NCBI GenBank assembly: GCA_022566265.1
Contig: JADFJG010000005.1
Coordinates: 12,007 to 76,006 of the forward strand
Reading direction: 5' to 3'
DNA from: Pseudomonadota bacterium
GTDB lineage: Bacteria > Pseudomonadota > Alphaproteobacteria > SMXQ01
DNA length: 64,000 bases
Positions 1-11,974 of this stretch are shown here, one piece after another. Made by a program: the position numbers and the translations under genes. A model generated the notes under the pieces. The model had not been told where the DNA came from. It did not search any database and saw only the letters and a program-made list of their open reading frames with translations. How positions within the stretch are numbered: the stretch's first letter is position 1; each line of letters begins with the position of its first letter.

Positions 1-2
1 CC

Positions 3-821
3 GACCTTTTCAAGCGTTACCCCACCGGTCAGCGGGCGCTGAACGGCGTCAGCCTGACGGTTGACCTGCCTCAAGTCGTCGCCATCATCGGTCCGTCGGG
101 CGCCGGCAAGTCGACGCTGCTCCGCTGCGTCAATCGTCTCGTCGAGCCGACCTCGGGGTCGGTGGTGCTGGACGGAATCGACATCACGAAATTGAGCCGC
201 CGGGAGTTGCGCCGCGCGCGCCGCCGCATGGGCATGATCTTCCAGGAGTACAATCTGGTGGAACGGCTGACGGTGATGGAGAACCTGCTATCCGGGCGGC
301 TCGGCTATGTCGGCTTCTGGCGCACCTACCGCCGCCGCTACCCGCCGGAGGACATCCGGATGGCTTACGAGCTGCTCGACCGCGTCGGCCTCACGGGGTA
401 CGAGGACACGCGCGCCGATGCGTTATCGGGCGGTGAACGCCAGCGCGTCGGCATCGCCCGGGCGCTGATGCAGCAGCCCGAGCTGCTCCTCGTCGACGAG
501 CCGACGGCGAGCCTCGATCCCAAGACCTCGCGGCAGATCATGCGGATCATCGTCGAGTTGGCGCAAGAGCGTGGCACGCCGGCGCTCCTCAACATCCACG
601 ACGTGGTGCTGGCGCAATCCTTCGCCGATCGCGTCATCGGCCTGCGCGCCGGCAAGGTGGTGTTCGACGGCGCCCCCAACGGGCTCGACGAGAAGGTGCT
701 GACCGAGATCTACGGCGAGGAGGACTGGAGCACCACCGCCGCGCGGGGCGAGGACGAGGACGAAGGCGGGAAGCCCCCGCGCCGGCGCGGCGATATGGAA
801 AGCGAGGCGGCGGTGGGATGA
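3..821 (+). CDS. phnC: Phosphonate ABC transporter ATP-binding protein, 5' end outside window
   Basis: In-frame Walker [10 protein letters not shown] from nt 3, signature LSGGERQRV, Walker B LLLVDEP, H-loop NIHD. ATGA overlap with the next gene. Confidence 0.85.
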   Translation, partial: DLFKRYPTGQRALNGVSLTVDLPQVVAIIGPSGAGKSTLLRCVNRLVEPTSGSVVLDGIDITKLSRRELRRARRRMGMIFQEYNLVERLTVMENLLSGRLGYVGFWRTYRRRYPPEDIRMAYELLDRVGLTGYEDTRADALSGGERQRVGIARALMQQPELLLVDEPTASLDPKTSRQIMRIIVELAQERGTPALLNIHDVVLAQSFADRVIGLRAGKVVFDGAPNGLDEKVLTEIYGEEDWSTTAARGEDEDEGGKPPRRRGDMESEAAVG

Positions 822-1621
822 GCTCCCCGCCCGTTTATCCGACCCGCTGGAAGCCACCTAGCCTGATCAGCAGCCCGGCGGCGCGGCGCGGATTCGTGGC
901 GCTGGCGGTGCTTTACCTGTTGTGGTCGTTCGGCACCATCGAGGTCGACTGGTCGCGGGTCAGCCGGGGCTTGCCCCGCGCGGCCGACCTGTTCTCCCGC
1001 ATGTTCCCGCCCGACTTTTCCCGCTGGGAGCTGCTGGTGAAGGGCGTCGGCGAGAGCGTTCAGATGGCTTTCGTGGCGAGCTTCTTCGGCATGGCGGTGG
1101 CGGTGCCGATCGGCCTTTGCGCCGCGCGCAACCTGGCGCCGCGGCCGATCTACCTGGCGGCGCGCGGCATCATCGTCATCACCCGCACCTTGCACGAGGT
1201 CATCGTCGCCATCATCTTCGTCAAGGTGTTCGGTTTCGGCCCGCTCGCCGGCGTGCTGACCCTGTTCGTCGCCAGTCTCAGCTTTATCGCCAAGATGCTG
1301 GCCGAGGACATCGAGAACATGCCGCCCGGGTCCCTGGAGGCGATCCGCGCGACGGGCGCGAGTTTCCCCAAGCTCCTGGTCTATGCGATCACGCCGCAAA
1401 TGTTGCCGCGCTATCTCGGCGTCTCGATCTACCGGCTCGACGCCAACCTCCGTCATTCCACCGTCGTCGGCATCGTTGGCGCCGGCGGCATCGGCCAGGT
1501 GCTGCAGGCATCGTTCAACCGTTACGACTACGACTTCAGCCTGGCGATCCTGATCGCCATCGTCGCCCTGGTGTTCATCGGCGAATTCTTCAGCGCCTGG
1601 ATCAGGGGCCGGCTGCGATGA
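818..1621 (+). CDS. phnE: Phosphonate ABC transporter permease
   Basis: 267 aa polytopic membrane protein with a PhnE-like EAA region. Start overlaps phnC stop. Confidence 0.8.
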   Translation: MSSPPVYPTRWKPPSLISSPAARRGFVALAVLYLLWSFGTIEVDWSRVSRGLPRAADLFSRMFPPDFSRWELLVKGVGESVQMAFVASFFGMAVAVPIGLCAARNLAPRPIYLAARGIIVITRTLHEVIVAIIFVKVFGFGPLAGVLTLFVASLSFIAKMLAEDIENMPPGSLEAIRATGASFPKLLVYAITPQMLPRYLGVSIYRLDANLRHSTVVGIVGAGGIGQVLQASFNRYDYDFSLAILIAIVALVFIGEFFSAWIRGRLR

Positions 1622-2430
1622 CGGTCGAAGAGCACGCGCGGCGCTATCCAGAGGTCTGGCGCCGGTTCAGCCCGCGCCAGACGCTGGTTCGTTACGCCTG
1701 GTATGCCGGCATCGTGTTCGTCGCCCTGTGGTCGGTGCGTCAGCTCGAGATTCCCTGGTTATACTTTCTCGACGCGCACGTGCAGGCGGCGGACCTGTTG
1801 GTGCGCATGTTCCCGCCGGACTGGGCGTTCATCGAGCAAGTGCTCGATCCCTTGATCGAGACCATCCACATCGCCACGCTCGGCACCGCCTTCACTTTCA
1901 TCATCGCCTTCCCGATCGCCTTCCTCTCGGCGCGCAACACCACCTACAACGATCTCACATGGCTCATCGGGCGGTTCATCCTGGTGACCTCGCGCTCGGT
2001 CAACACGGTGGTCTGGGGGCTGGTGTTCGTCGCCATCTTCGGCCCCGGCCCGGTGGCCGGCATCTGGGCCATCACCGCGCGCTCTATCGGTTTCATGGGC
2101 AAGCTGATCGCCGAGGCGATCGAGGAAGTCGACGAGGGCACGATCGAGGCGATCGAGGCCACCGGCGCCTCGCGCCTGCAGGTGCTGTGGATCGGCGTGC
2201 TGCCCCAGGTGCTACCGATCATCTGGGGCACGTCGATCTACCGCTGGGACATCAACATCCGCGAATCGACGGTGCTGGGTTTCGTCGGCGCCGGCGGCAT
2301 CGGCATCATACTCTACTCTTCGATCAACCTGTTTGCCTGGAGCGAAGTGGGGATCATAATCATCTCGATTTTCGTCGTCGTGGTTTTCAGCGAGTTCGTC
2401 TCCGCGGCGGTGCGCCAGCGCATCACCTGA
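1618..2430 (+). CDS. phnE: Second phosphonate ABC transporter permease
   Basis: 270 aa paralog of the upstream PhnE, starting [17 protein letters not shown] at an ATGA overlap. The longer 922..2430 frame is an overlap artefact. Confidence 0.8.
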   Translation: MTVEEHARRYPEVWRRFSPRQTLVRYAWYAGIVFVALWSVRQLEIPWLYFLDAHVQAADLLVRMFPPDWAFIEQVLDPLIETIHIATLGTAFTFIIAFPIAFLSARNTTYNDLTWLIGRFILVTSRSVNTVVWGLVFVAIFGPGPVAGIWAITARSIGFMGKLIAEAIEEVDEGTIEAIEATGASRLQVLWIGVLPQVLPIIWGTSIYRWDINIRESTVLGFVGAGGIGIILYSSINLFAWSEVGIIIISIFVVVVFSEFVSAAVRQRIT

Positions 2431-2469
2431 TCCCGCCCCTCGACCCTTGCGCCGCCCCGGGGGTCAACG

Positions 2470-3957
<1,488 letters not shown>

Positions 3958-4100
3958 CCGGTTTCGCCGCCGTCGCGATTGTTTCACGTGAATTCCGTTA
4001 CCGGGAATAATACCCACGATCATGGAAGGATGATACATCTGAGGGTCTTGCGGGTTCTCTCAGTTGCGCCCGGACCCGCCAAGGGACGAGAAGGGACGGA

Positions 4101-5639
4101 ATGATCGACGCGTTAGTTGACCGCATGGGGCGGATCATCGCCACTCCACGCGGATTTTATATTTTCGTCGGTCTCTATATCGGCGCCGTTTTTCTCGCCC
4201 GCGCCCTCCCGTTCCCCGGCTCGAGCGACGATACCGCCGAGTTGCTGCTCCATTCGCAGGTTTTCGCCTGGGGGTATGCGCTCAAGAACCCGCCGCTGAT
4301 GTCCTGGCTGGTGATCGCGGCGCAACAGCTGTTCGGTGTTTCGCTGCTTTCCGTCGAGGCCGTCAAGTTCGCCCTGCTTCTCCTCGCCTATCTGTTTCTC
4401 TACCGCGCGGCGCGGGAAATCCTCAAGGACGACCGCCTGGCCGCGCTGGCGGCGCTCTCCCCGGTGGCGCTCTATTCCGTCGCCTGGATCCTGGCCTGGA
4501 AATACAGCCATTCGGTGCTGCTCCTCACCATGTGCGTGGTGACATTTTATGCGCTCCTGCGCCTCGAGAAGCGCGGCGATCTCGCCTCCTACGTCATATT
4601 CGGGGCGATCATTGGGCTCGGCCTGATCTCGAAATACAACTATCTCCTGTTCGTCATCGCCTTGATCGTCGCGGCGATGACCGAGCCCGGCTTGCGCGCC
4701 CGGCTCACCGACCGGCGGATCCTCCTGACCCTGGCCATCGCCGGCGCCATCGCGCTGCCTCCTGTGCTGTGGTTCATCGATCATTCAGGCGAATTGCAGG
4801 GCCTCATCGACTACAAGTTCCAGATCTCGGCGGAAAGAGACCGCCTGGGGGCGGCCGGTCTCGGCCTGATCAGCGTCGCCAAGGCCACTCTCGATTTCCT
4901 CAACCCGCTGATCTTTCTGTTGGCGCTCTTCTTCTGGCGGGCGTTCACGCCGCTTCGCGCCGGCGCCGTGCCCGCCGATCGGTGGCGCCCGGTGCTCGGC
5001 ATTTCGCTTGTCCTCATGACGGCGGCGATCCTTATCGCCGTGCTCGCCTTCGGAGCGTCGCGCTTCCAGTTCCGTTACCTCTATGTGTTCATCCTCTTTC
5101 CCATCTACTTCTTCGCCCGGGTCCAGGGGACGGGCGCCGGGGAACGGACGCTCAACCGGTTCGCGGCGGTGCTGATGCTGCTTTGCGCCGTCGTGCCGCT
5201 CTTGTGGCTGGCGAAATTCTGGTTCGAGCCCCTGTGGTGCCGCAAATGTCCCCTCCACATTCCCTACCCGGCGTTCGCCGAGGACATTCGCCGCGCCGGG
5301 TTCGAGCGCGGCACCATCGTCTCCCACTTCTCCAGATACAAGAACGGCGGCATTTTGAGGCCGTTTTTCCCCGACTCCCGGATCGTCGATCTCAAGCTCC
5401 TCGATCTCGCCGATCCGCCGCCCAATATCGATGCCGGTCAGTGTCTGCTCCTCTGGGACAATGTCGATGACGCCGGCGTCGGCGAAGGCGTGATCGAGCT
5501 CGCCAGGCGCCGTTTCGATGTCCCGTCGGCGGCGTTGACGCCGATACAAACCATCGCGAGACCCATGGTCAATGGGCCCAAGCGTATCGTCCGGCTGGGG
5601 TTCATCTTGATACCGGAGGGAGCCGGGAAGTGCCGTTAG
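4101..5639 (+). CDS. GT-C fold membrane glycosyltransferase, ArnT/PMT (COG1807) family
   Basis: 512 aa with about 11 TM helices, an acidic DD in the first periplasmic loop, a KNPPLMSWL motif typical of the ArnT/PMT family, and a C-terminal soluble domain of about 130 aa. Confidence 0.7.
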   Translation: MIDALVDRMGRIIATPRGFYIFVGLYIGAVFLARALPFPGSSDDTAELLLHSQVFAWGYALKNPPLMSWLVIAAQQLFGVSLLSVEAVKFALLLLAYLFLYRAAREILKDDRLAALAALSPVALYSVAWILAWKYSHSVLLLTMCVVTFYALLRLEKRGDLASYVIFGAIIGLGLISKYNYLLFVIALIVAAMTEPGLRARLTDRRILLTLAIAGAIALPPVLWFIDHSGELQGLIDYKFQISAERDRLGAAGLGLISVAKATLDFLNPLIFLLALFFWRAFTPLRAGAVPADRWRPVLGISLVLMTAAILIAVLAFGASRFQFRYLYVFILFPIYFFARVQGTGAGERTLNRFAAVLMLLCAVVPLLWLAKFWFEPLWCRKCPLHIPYPAFAEDIRRAGFERGTIVSHFSRYKNGGILRPFFPDSRIVDLKLLDLADPPPNIDAGQCLLLWDNVDDAGVGEGVIELARRRFDVPSAALTPIQTIARPMVNGPKRIVRLGFILIPEGAGKCR

Positions 5640-5647
5640 GACCGACA

Positions 5648-6799
5648 ATGATGGCTCTCGACCGGATCGGCCGGGCGCTGGCGACACCGCGTGGCTTCAT
5701 CGCCTTCCTTGGCGCCTACATCCTCCTTCAGTTCGCCCTTCGCGGCTACCTGCTGCCCTGCGCCAGCGGCGACGATATGGTGCAACTCGATCTCTCGACA
5801 TCGCTGGAGTGGGCATACGGGACGCGCAACCCGCCGCTCTATACCTGGCTGGTGATCGCCGCCCGGCAGGTGTTTGGCGCCACCTTGCAAGCGGTGACAC
5901 TGGTGAAGTTCGCGGCGATGTTCCTGATGTATCTGTTCCTTTATTTGGCCGCCCGCCGGGTGCTGGGCGACGGGCCGCTGGCGCTGCTGGCGGCGCTCTC
6001 GCCGCTGGCGATGAAGCTCGTCGCCTGGGACTCGGTGACGAATTACAGCCACACGGTGCTGGCCACCGCCATGTATGCCGCCACTTTTTACGCCCTGCTT
6101 CGCATCGACGCCGATGGCCGCCCGGTCTCCTATGCCCTCTTCGGGGTATTCCTTGGCCTCGGGCTGTTGAGCAAATACACCTTCGCGCTGTTCGCCCTGG
6201 CGCTGCTGGCGGCGGCGCTGACCGATAGGGATCTGCGGGGGCGCCTGCTGAACCCCAAGGCATCGATAAGCGCGGCGATCGCGCTGGCGATCGTTGCGCC
6301 CTATTTGCTCACGATGCTCGACAGCGCCGATAGCATGACGGCGCTCAGCCGCGACGTCTTCGCCATTGCCGCCGGGCAAGACCGCCTCGGGGCCGCCTTG
6401 CGCGGTCTCGATAAGTTCGCCAGCGGCTATCTGAACTTCCTCTTCCCGCTGGCGCTGCTGTTGCCGCTCGGCTTCGCCAGGGCGTTCCGTCGGTTGTCCG
6501 CGGCCACGCCGCCCGACCGCTGGATGCGTATCCTCGGCCTGTCCTTCATCATCATGACGGCGGTCTACCTGGCCATCATCCTGGGCGCCGGGGCGACACA
6601 ATTCAGGAAGCACTACATTCTCGTCTTCATCCTGTCGCCGATCTATTTCTTCGCCCGCGCCAGGGCGGCCGGGTTCGCGCAAGGGGCGCCGGCGCGGTTC
6701 ACCGGCGTTCTTCTTATCGTCGCCTTGCTGGGCCTCGGCGCCGTCACCGCCAAATATACCCTCGAGCCCGGAAGATGCATGAGGGCGTTGTCGTCCTCT
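5648..6799 (+). pseudogene. Truncated paralog of the upstream ArnT/PMT-like glycosyltransferase; lacks the C-terminal domain and a stop codon
   Basis: Aligns to the 4101..5639 product over about 385 aa (KNPPLYTWL, SKYTFALF). Homology ends exactly where the convergent ABC permease gene stops (6800). The frame then runs antisense through the permease with no stop until 7357. Confidence 0.55.
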
Positions 6800-7599
<800 letters not shown>

Positions 7600-7603
<4 letters not shown>

Positions 7604-8472
7604 CGCTGGTCTCCGCTGCCGACGTTCTGGAGCGCCCGGTAGAACGCGAAGCAGACCGCCAGCGCGATCAGGAAGTAAATGAGCGCCAACGCCGCCGCCG
7701 GGCCGAGGTCGGACTGTCCGCCCGCCAGCTTCACCAGGTAGGTCGACAGGAAGGTGGTCGAGTCGCCGGGACCGCCACCGGTGAGCACGAAGGGCTCGGC
7801 GTAGATCACGAAGCTGTCCATGAAGCGCAACAGGACGGCGATCATCAACACCCCGCGCATCTTTGGCAGCTGGATGTAGCGGAACACGGCCCAAGCCGAC
7901 GCCCCGTCGATCCGCGCCGCCAGGTAATAGGCGTCCGGAATTGCCCTGAGCCCGGCATAGGCGAGCAGCGCCACCAGCGGCGTCCAATGCCAGACATCCA
8001 TCAGCATCACCGTGATCCAGGCATCGAGAGGGGCCGCGGTAGGATCGAACTGGATGCCGAGGCCGTTGAGCAGGACTCCCAGCAAGCCGATGTCGGGGCG
8101 TGTGAAGAGGTTCCAGATGGTGCCGATCACGTTCCAGGGGATGAGCAGCGGCAGGGCGAGCACGAGGAGCGTCACCGACACGCCCCAGCCGCGCCTCGGC
8201 ATCGCCAGCGCGATGGCGACGCCGAGCGGGATCTCGATGAGCAGCACCAGCCCGGAGAAGGTCAGCTGACGGCGCAGCGCGTCGTGCAGGCGCCGGTCGC
8301 CGAGGACCTCCTTGAACCACTCGGCGCCGACGAAGACCCGGTTGCCTGGCCCGGAGATGTCGTGGACCGAGGCGTCGACGACCATCATCAGCGGGATGAT
8401 CGCCGAGAACGCGACGATCAGGAACACCGGCATGACCAAGAACCAGGCCCTGTTGTCTTGCCACTTGTTCAC
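7600..8472 (-). CDS. ABC importer permease (MalF/UgpA-like)
   Basis: 290 aa with 6 TM helices and EAA motif AARIDGASAWAVFRYIQLP. Confidence 0.8.
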
Positions 8473-8490
8473 CCGAGCCGCTCCGCCGTC

Positions 8491-9579
8491 CTATTCGACC
8501 AGCCGGCCGTCGGCGTAGACCTTGGTCCACTCCGGCGGGAAATTCAGATAAGCCCACTCGCCCGGCACCTCCTGGTCCTCCGGCACCTTGACCTTGAGCG
8601 CGAGCCGGCCGAGGCTCACCGTCACGATCTTGAAATTGCCGAGGTTCTCGGCCAAACGGACGCTTACCGGCACGTTCCCTTGCTCGGCGGTAGGCCTGAG
8701 GCGCAGGAACTCGGGCCGGATGCCGAGCACCAGTTCGCCGCCCGCCGCCCGTCCGCGCTCGGCGACACCTTCACCGAGCGCGATCGGCGCGCCTTCGACG
8801 ATGGCGGCGTCGCCGTTAATTTGGCAGGGTATGAGGTTCATGCCCGGGCTGCCGATGAAATAACCGACGAAGGTATGCTTGGGATTTTCGAAGAGCTCTT
8901 GCGGCGAACCGGTCTGGAGCACCTCGCCTTCGTTCATGATCACCACCTGCTCGGCGAAGGTCAGCGCCTCGTTCTGGTCATGGGTGACGTAGATCAGGGT
9001 GGTGCGGAACTGTTCGTGGATCTGTTTGAGCTTGCGGCGCAACAGCCACTTGAGGTGCGGGTCGATGACGGTCAGGGGCTCGTCGAACAGGATGGCGGCG
9101 ACGTCCTTGCGCACCAGACCCCGGCCAAGAGAGATTTTCTGCTTGGCGTCCGCCGTCAAGCCGCTGGCGCGGCGCTTGAGATCCGCCGTCATTTCCAGCA
9201 ATTCGGCGACCTCGTGGACGCGGATGCGAATCTCCTTGCGGTCCACGTTGCGGTTGCGCAAGGGAAAGGCGAGGTTGTCGAACACCGTCATGGTGTCGTA
9301 GATCACCGGGACCTGGAAAACCTGTGCGATGTTGCGATCCCGGGGCGCCAGCGCGGTGACGTCGCGATCGTCGATCAGGACCCGGCCCTCGCTCGGCCGA
9401 ATGAGCCCGGAAATGATGTTCAGCGTCGTCGTCTTGCCGCAGCCCGAGGGTCCGAGCAAGGCGTAAGCGCGGCCATCCTGCCACACCATGTCGAGGCGCT
9501 TGAGCGCGTAATCCTCGGGCGCGCCGGGTTTCGCCATATAAGCGTGGGCGACTCCCTTCAGTTGGATCAGCGCCATCAT
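8491..9579 (-). CDS. ABC importer ATPase (MalK/UgpC-like, with C-terminal regulatory/TOBE-like domain); degenerate signature motif
   Basis: Walker A GPSGCGKTT, Q-loop, Walker B ILFDEP and H-loop YVTHDQ are intact. The LSGGQ signature is replaced by LTADAKQ. Confidence 0.85.
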   Translation of the reverse strand: MMALIQLKGVAHAYMAKPGAPEDYALKRLDMVWQDGRAYALLGPSGCGKTTTLNIISGLIRPSEGRVLIDDRDVTALAPRDRNIAQVFQVPVIYDTMTVFDNLAFPLRNRNVDRKEIRIRVHEVAELLEMTADLKRRASGLTADAKQKISLGRGLVRKDVAAILFDEPLTVIDPHLKWLLRRKLKQIHEQFRTTLIYVTHDQNEALTFAEQVVIMNEGEVLQTGSPQELFENPKHTFVGYFIGSPGMNLIPCQINGDAAIVEGAPIALGEGVAERGRAAGGELVLGIRPEFLRLRPTAEQGNVPVSVRLAENLGNFKIVTVSLGRLALKVKVPEDQEVPGEWAYLNFPPEWTKVYADGRLVE

Positions 9580-9591
9580 CGCTCCTTGGTA

Positions 9592-10692
9592 TTACCGTGG
9601 CGTCCCGCCGCCGCCAACCGGCGCCGGCGCGGCCACAAGGCGGCCGGAATCCGCGAACACGAAGAGGCGGGCGGCATCGAGGAAGACGTCGATCTGCTGG
9701 CCGAGGTCGAAGCTGTGTACCCCTTGCTCCTGCACCACCCACGCCGCGCTTCCGTGACGGATATGGATGAGGGTCTCCGACCCGCTGACCTCGGCGAGAT
9801 CCACGGTGGCGCCGAACTTGAACTCGTGGGCCGGCGAGGAAACCACCGAAAGGTGGCCGGGGCGCACCCCGAAGCGGTAAGGGCCCGGGGACAGTTGACC
9901 GAGGTGTCCGGTAAGGGGCAGGCGGATGTCCTCGCCGAGGCGCGCCTCGCCGTCGATGATTTCGCCGTCGATCATGTTCATCGGCGGATCGGAGAAGATG
10001 TTGGCGACGGCGACCGATGCCGGGTTGTGAAAGACCTCGAGGATCGGTCCCGATTGGAGTTTGCGGCCCTCATCGAGGACCACCGCGGCGCCACCCAGCA
10101 TCAACGCCTCGCTCGGTTCGGTGGTGGCATAGACGACGATGGTTTCACGGCGCTGGAACAGGTCCCCCATCTCGGCGCGTAACTCCTCGCGCAGCTTGTA
10201 GTCGAGATTGACCAGCGGCTCGTCGAGCAGCAAAAGATCGGCGTCCTTGACCAGCGCCCGGGCGATGGCCGTGCGTTGCTGCTGGCCGCCGCTCAACTCG
10301 GCCGGCCGGCGGTCGAGAAGCTCCTCGATGCGCATGATGATCGCCGCCTCGCGCACCTTGAGGTCGATCTCATGCTTCGATAGCCGGTTCAGCCTGAGGG
10401 GCGAGGCGATGTTGTCGTAGACGGTGAAGGAGGGGTAGTTGATGAACCGCTGATAGACCATGGCGACGGAGCGTAAGCGCACGGAGACGCCGGTGACGTC
10501 TTCGCCGTTGACCAGCACCCGGCCGGCGCTCGGCCTGTCGAGACCCGCCATCAGGCGCATCAGCGAGGTCTTGCCCGCCAAGGTCGGGCCGATCAGGACG
10601 TGAAGCGTGCCCGGGGACAACTGAAGCGTAATATTGTCGATGTGGGTTTCGCCGCCGACGGTCCTGGTGACGTTCTCGAGCTTCAGGCTCAT
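9592..10692 (-). CDS. ABC importer ATPase paralog; intact signature but degenerate H-loop
   Basis: Walker A GPTLAGKTS, signature LSGGQQQR and Walker B LLLLDEP are present. The H-loop is YATTEPSEA, with His replaced by Thr. Confidence 0.85.
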   Translation of the reverse strand: MSLKLENVTRTVGGETHIDNITLQLSPGTLHVLIGPTLAGKTSLMRLMAGLDRPSAGRVLVNGEDVTGVSVRLRSVAMVYQRFINYPSFTVYDNIASPLRLNRLSKHEIDLKVREAAIIMRIEELLDRRPAELSGGQQQRTAIARALVKDADLLLLDEPLVNLDYKLREELRAEMGDLFQRRETIVVYATTEPSEALMLGGAAVVLDEGRKLQSGPILEVFHNPASVAVANIFSDPPMNMIDGEIIDGEARLGEDIRLPLTGHLGQLSPGPYRFGVRPGHLSVVSSPAHEFKFGATVDLAEVSGSETLIHIRHGSAAWVVQEQGVHSFDLGQQIDVFLDAARLFVFADSGRLVAAPAPVGGGGTPR

Positions 10693-10982
10693 CGGCCCGG
10701 CGCCCCGTCACGCGGCGAATCCTCCCTGGCGGCGGCGGACCGGGTGCACTGTCCGGCCCGCGCGTTCGTTTCCAGCCAGCTCGGCAGGGTCAACCCAGTA
10801 GCCATGGTTCTCCCCGTAATTTTGTTCTTTCGCCGGCGCGGGGTTGTGGTCCGCGGCGAACGCTAATTTTTTCCCCAATGGGGTGGAACGCCAAGGGATG
10901 CGCCCCGCCTAATCCGTCCATTTTACACTGTCGGGGCAATTATGGAAGGGTGGGCGGGGCCATTATGGAAGGGTGGGCGTCC

Positions 10983-11471
10983 TTACCGGGCCAGGCGGAG
11001 GAGCATCTCGAGGGCGGCCTGGACGCCCTGGAGGCGGACCTCGCCGCGATCGCCGCCGAAGACGTGGCGTTCCGACAGGGTCTCGGCGCCTTTTCTCGCC
11101 GCCGCCAATTGCACCAGGCCGACGGGCTTGGCGGGGGTCGCGCCGCCGGGACCGGCGATGCCGGTGATGGCGACGGAAAGCTCCACCGGCGCGCGGGCGA
11201 GCGCCCCTTCGGCCATGGCTTGGGCGACCTCTCGGCTGACGGCGCCGTGGGCCTCGATGAGATCCGCCGGAACGCCGAGAAGCTCGGTCTTGGCGGCGTT
11301 CGAATAGGCGACGAAGCCGCGTTCGACGACGTTCGACGCGCCGGGGATTTCGGTCAGCGCGGCGGCGATCAGGCCGCCGGTGCAGGATTCCGCCGTCACG
11401 ATGCGCAAGCTCGCCGCCTCGCAGGCCCTGACGACCCTTTCAGCCAGCTCGATCGATTCCTCAGGAAGCAT
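10983..11471 (-). CDS. CinA C-terminal domain protein (PncC-like NMN amidohydrolase)
   Basis: About 162 aa with TAESCTGGLIAAALTEIPGAS and GIAGPGGATP motifs characteristic of the CinA C-terminal domain. Confidence 0.7.
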   Translation of the reverse strand: MLPEESIELAERVVRACEAASLRIVTAESCTGGLIAAALTEIPGASNVVERGFVAYSNAAKTELLGVPADLIEAHGAVSREVAQAMAEGALARAPVELSVAITGIAGPGGATPAKPVGLVQLAAARKGAETLSERHVFGGDRGEVRLQGVQAALEMLLRLAR

Positions 11472-11967
11472 TGGCAACTTTCTGTAGCAAAAGGAAAACA
11501 AGGAGCAGTGCCATGGCGGAATAGAGGCTGGCGAGGAAATCGTCGGCGATGACCCCGAGACCGCCCTTGAACCGCTTCTCGGCCCAACTCACCGGCCATG
11601 GCTTGAAGATGTCGGCGAGGCGGAACAGCACCAGGCCGGCGGCGTAAAGCCGGACATCGGCCGGCACCACGCTAAGGGTGAGCAATTGGCCGGCGATCTC
11701 GTCGATAACGATTTCGGCGGGGTCCTCGGCGCCGGTGGCGCGGATATAGACATCGGCCGCCCACCAGCCGGCGGCGAAGACGGCGATCGCCGCGACGCCC
11801 ACTCCGGCGGACCCGAACCGGCCCCAGATCACCCAGGCGAGCGGCAGGGCGGCGAGCGAGCCCCAGGTCCCCGGCGCCCATGGCAGGCGGCCGAGGCCAA
11901 ATCCCGTCGCCACCAGATTGGCCGGGTGCCAGGTGGAAAGCCCGTTGGCGGGGGCACCGCTGGTCAT
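11461..11967 (-). CDS. pgpA: Phosphatidylglycerophosphatase A
   Basis: About 169 aa. GFGLGRLPWAPGTWGSL and IVIDEIAG motifs typical of PgpA. Confidence 0.75.
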   Translation of the reverse strand: MTSGAPANGLSTWHPANLVATGFGLGRLPWAPGTWGSLAALPLAWVIWGRFGSAGVGVAAIAVFAAGWWAADVYIRATGAEDPAEIVIDEIAGQLLTLSVVPADVRLYAAGLVLFRLADIFKPWPVSWAEKRFKGGLGVIADDFLASLYSAMALLLVFLLLQKVANAS

Positions 11968-11974
11968 GGCGGGT

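Noticed and set aside
922-2430. 502-aa ORF overlapping phnE in another frame
   Set aside because: Only the C-terminal 270 aa (from the ATG at 1618) has permease character. The upstream part is an alternative-frame read-through of the first phnE.
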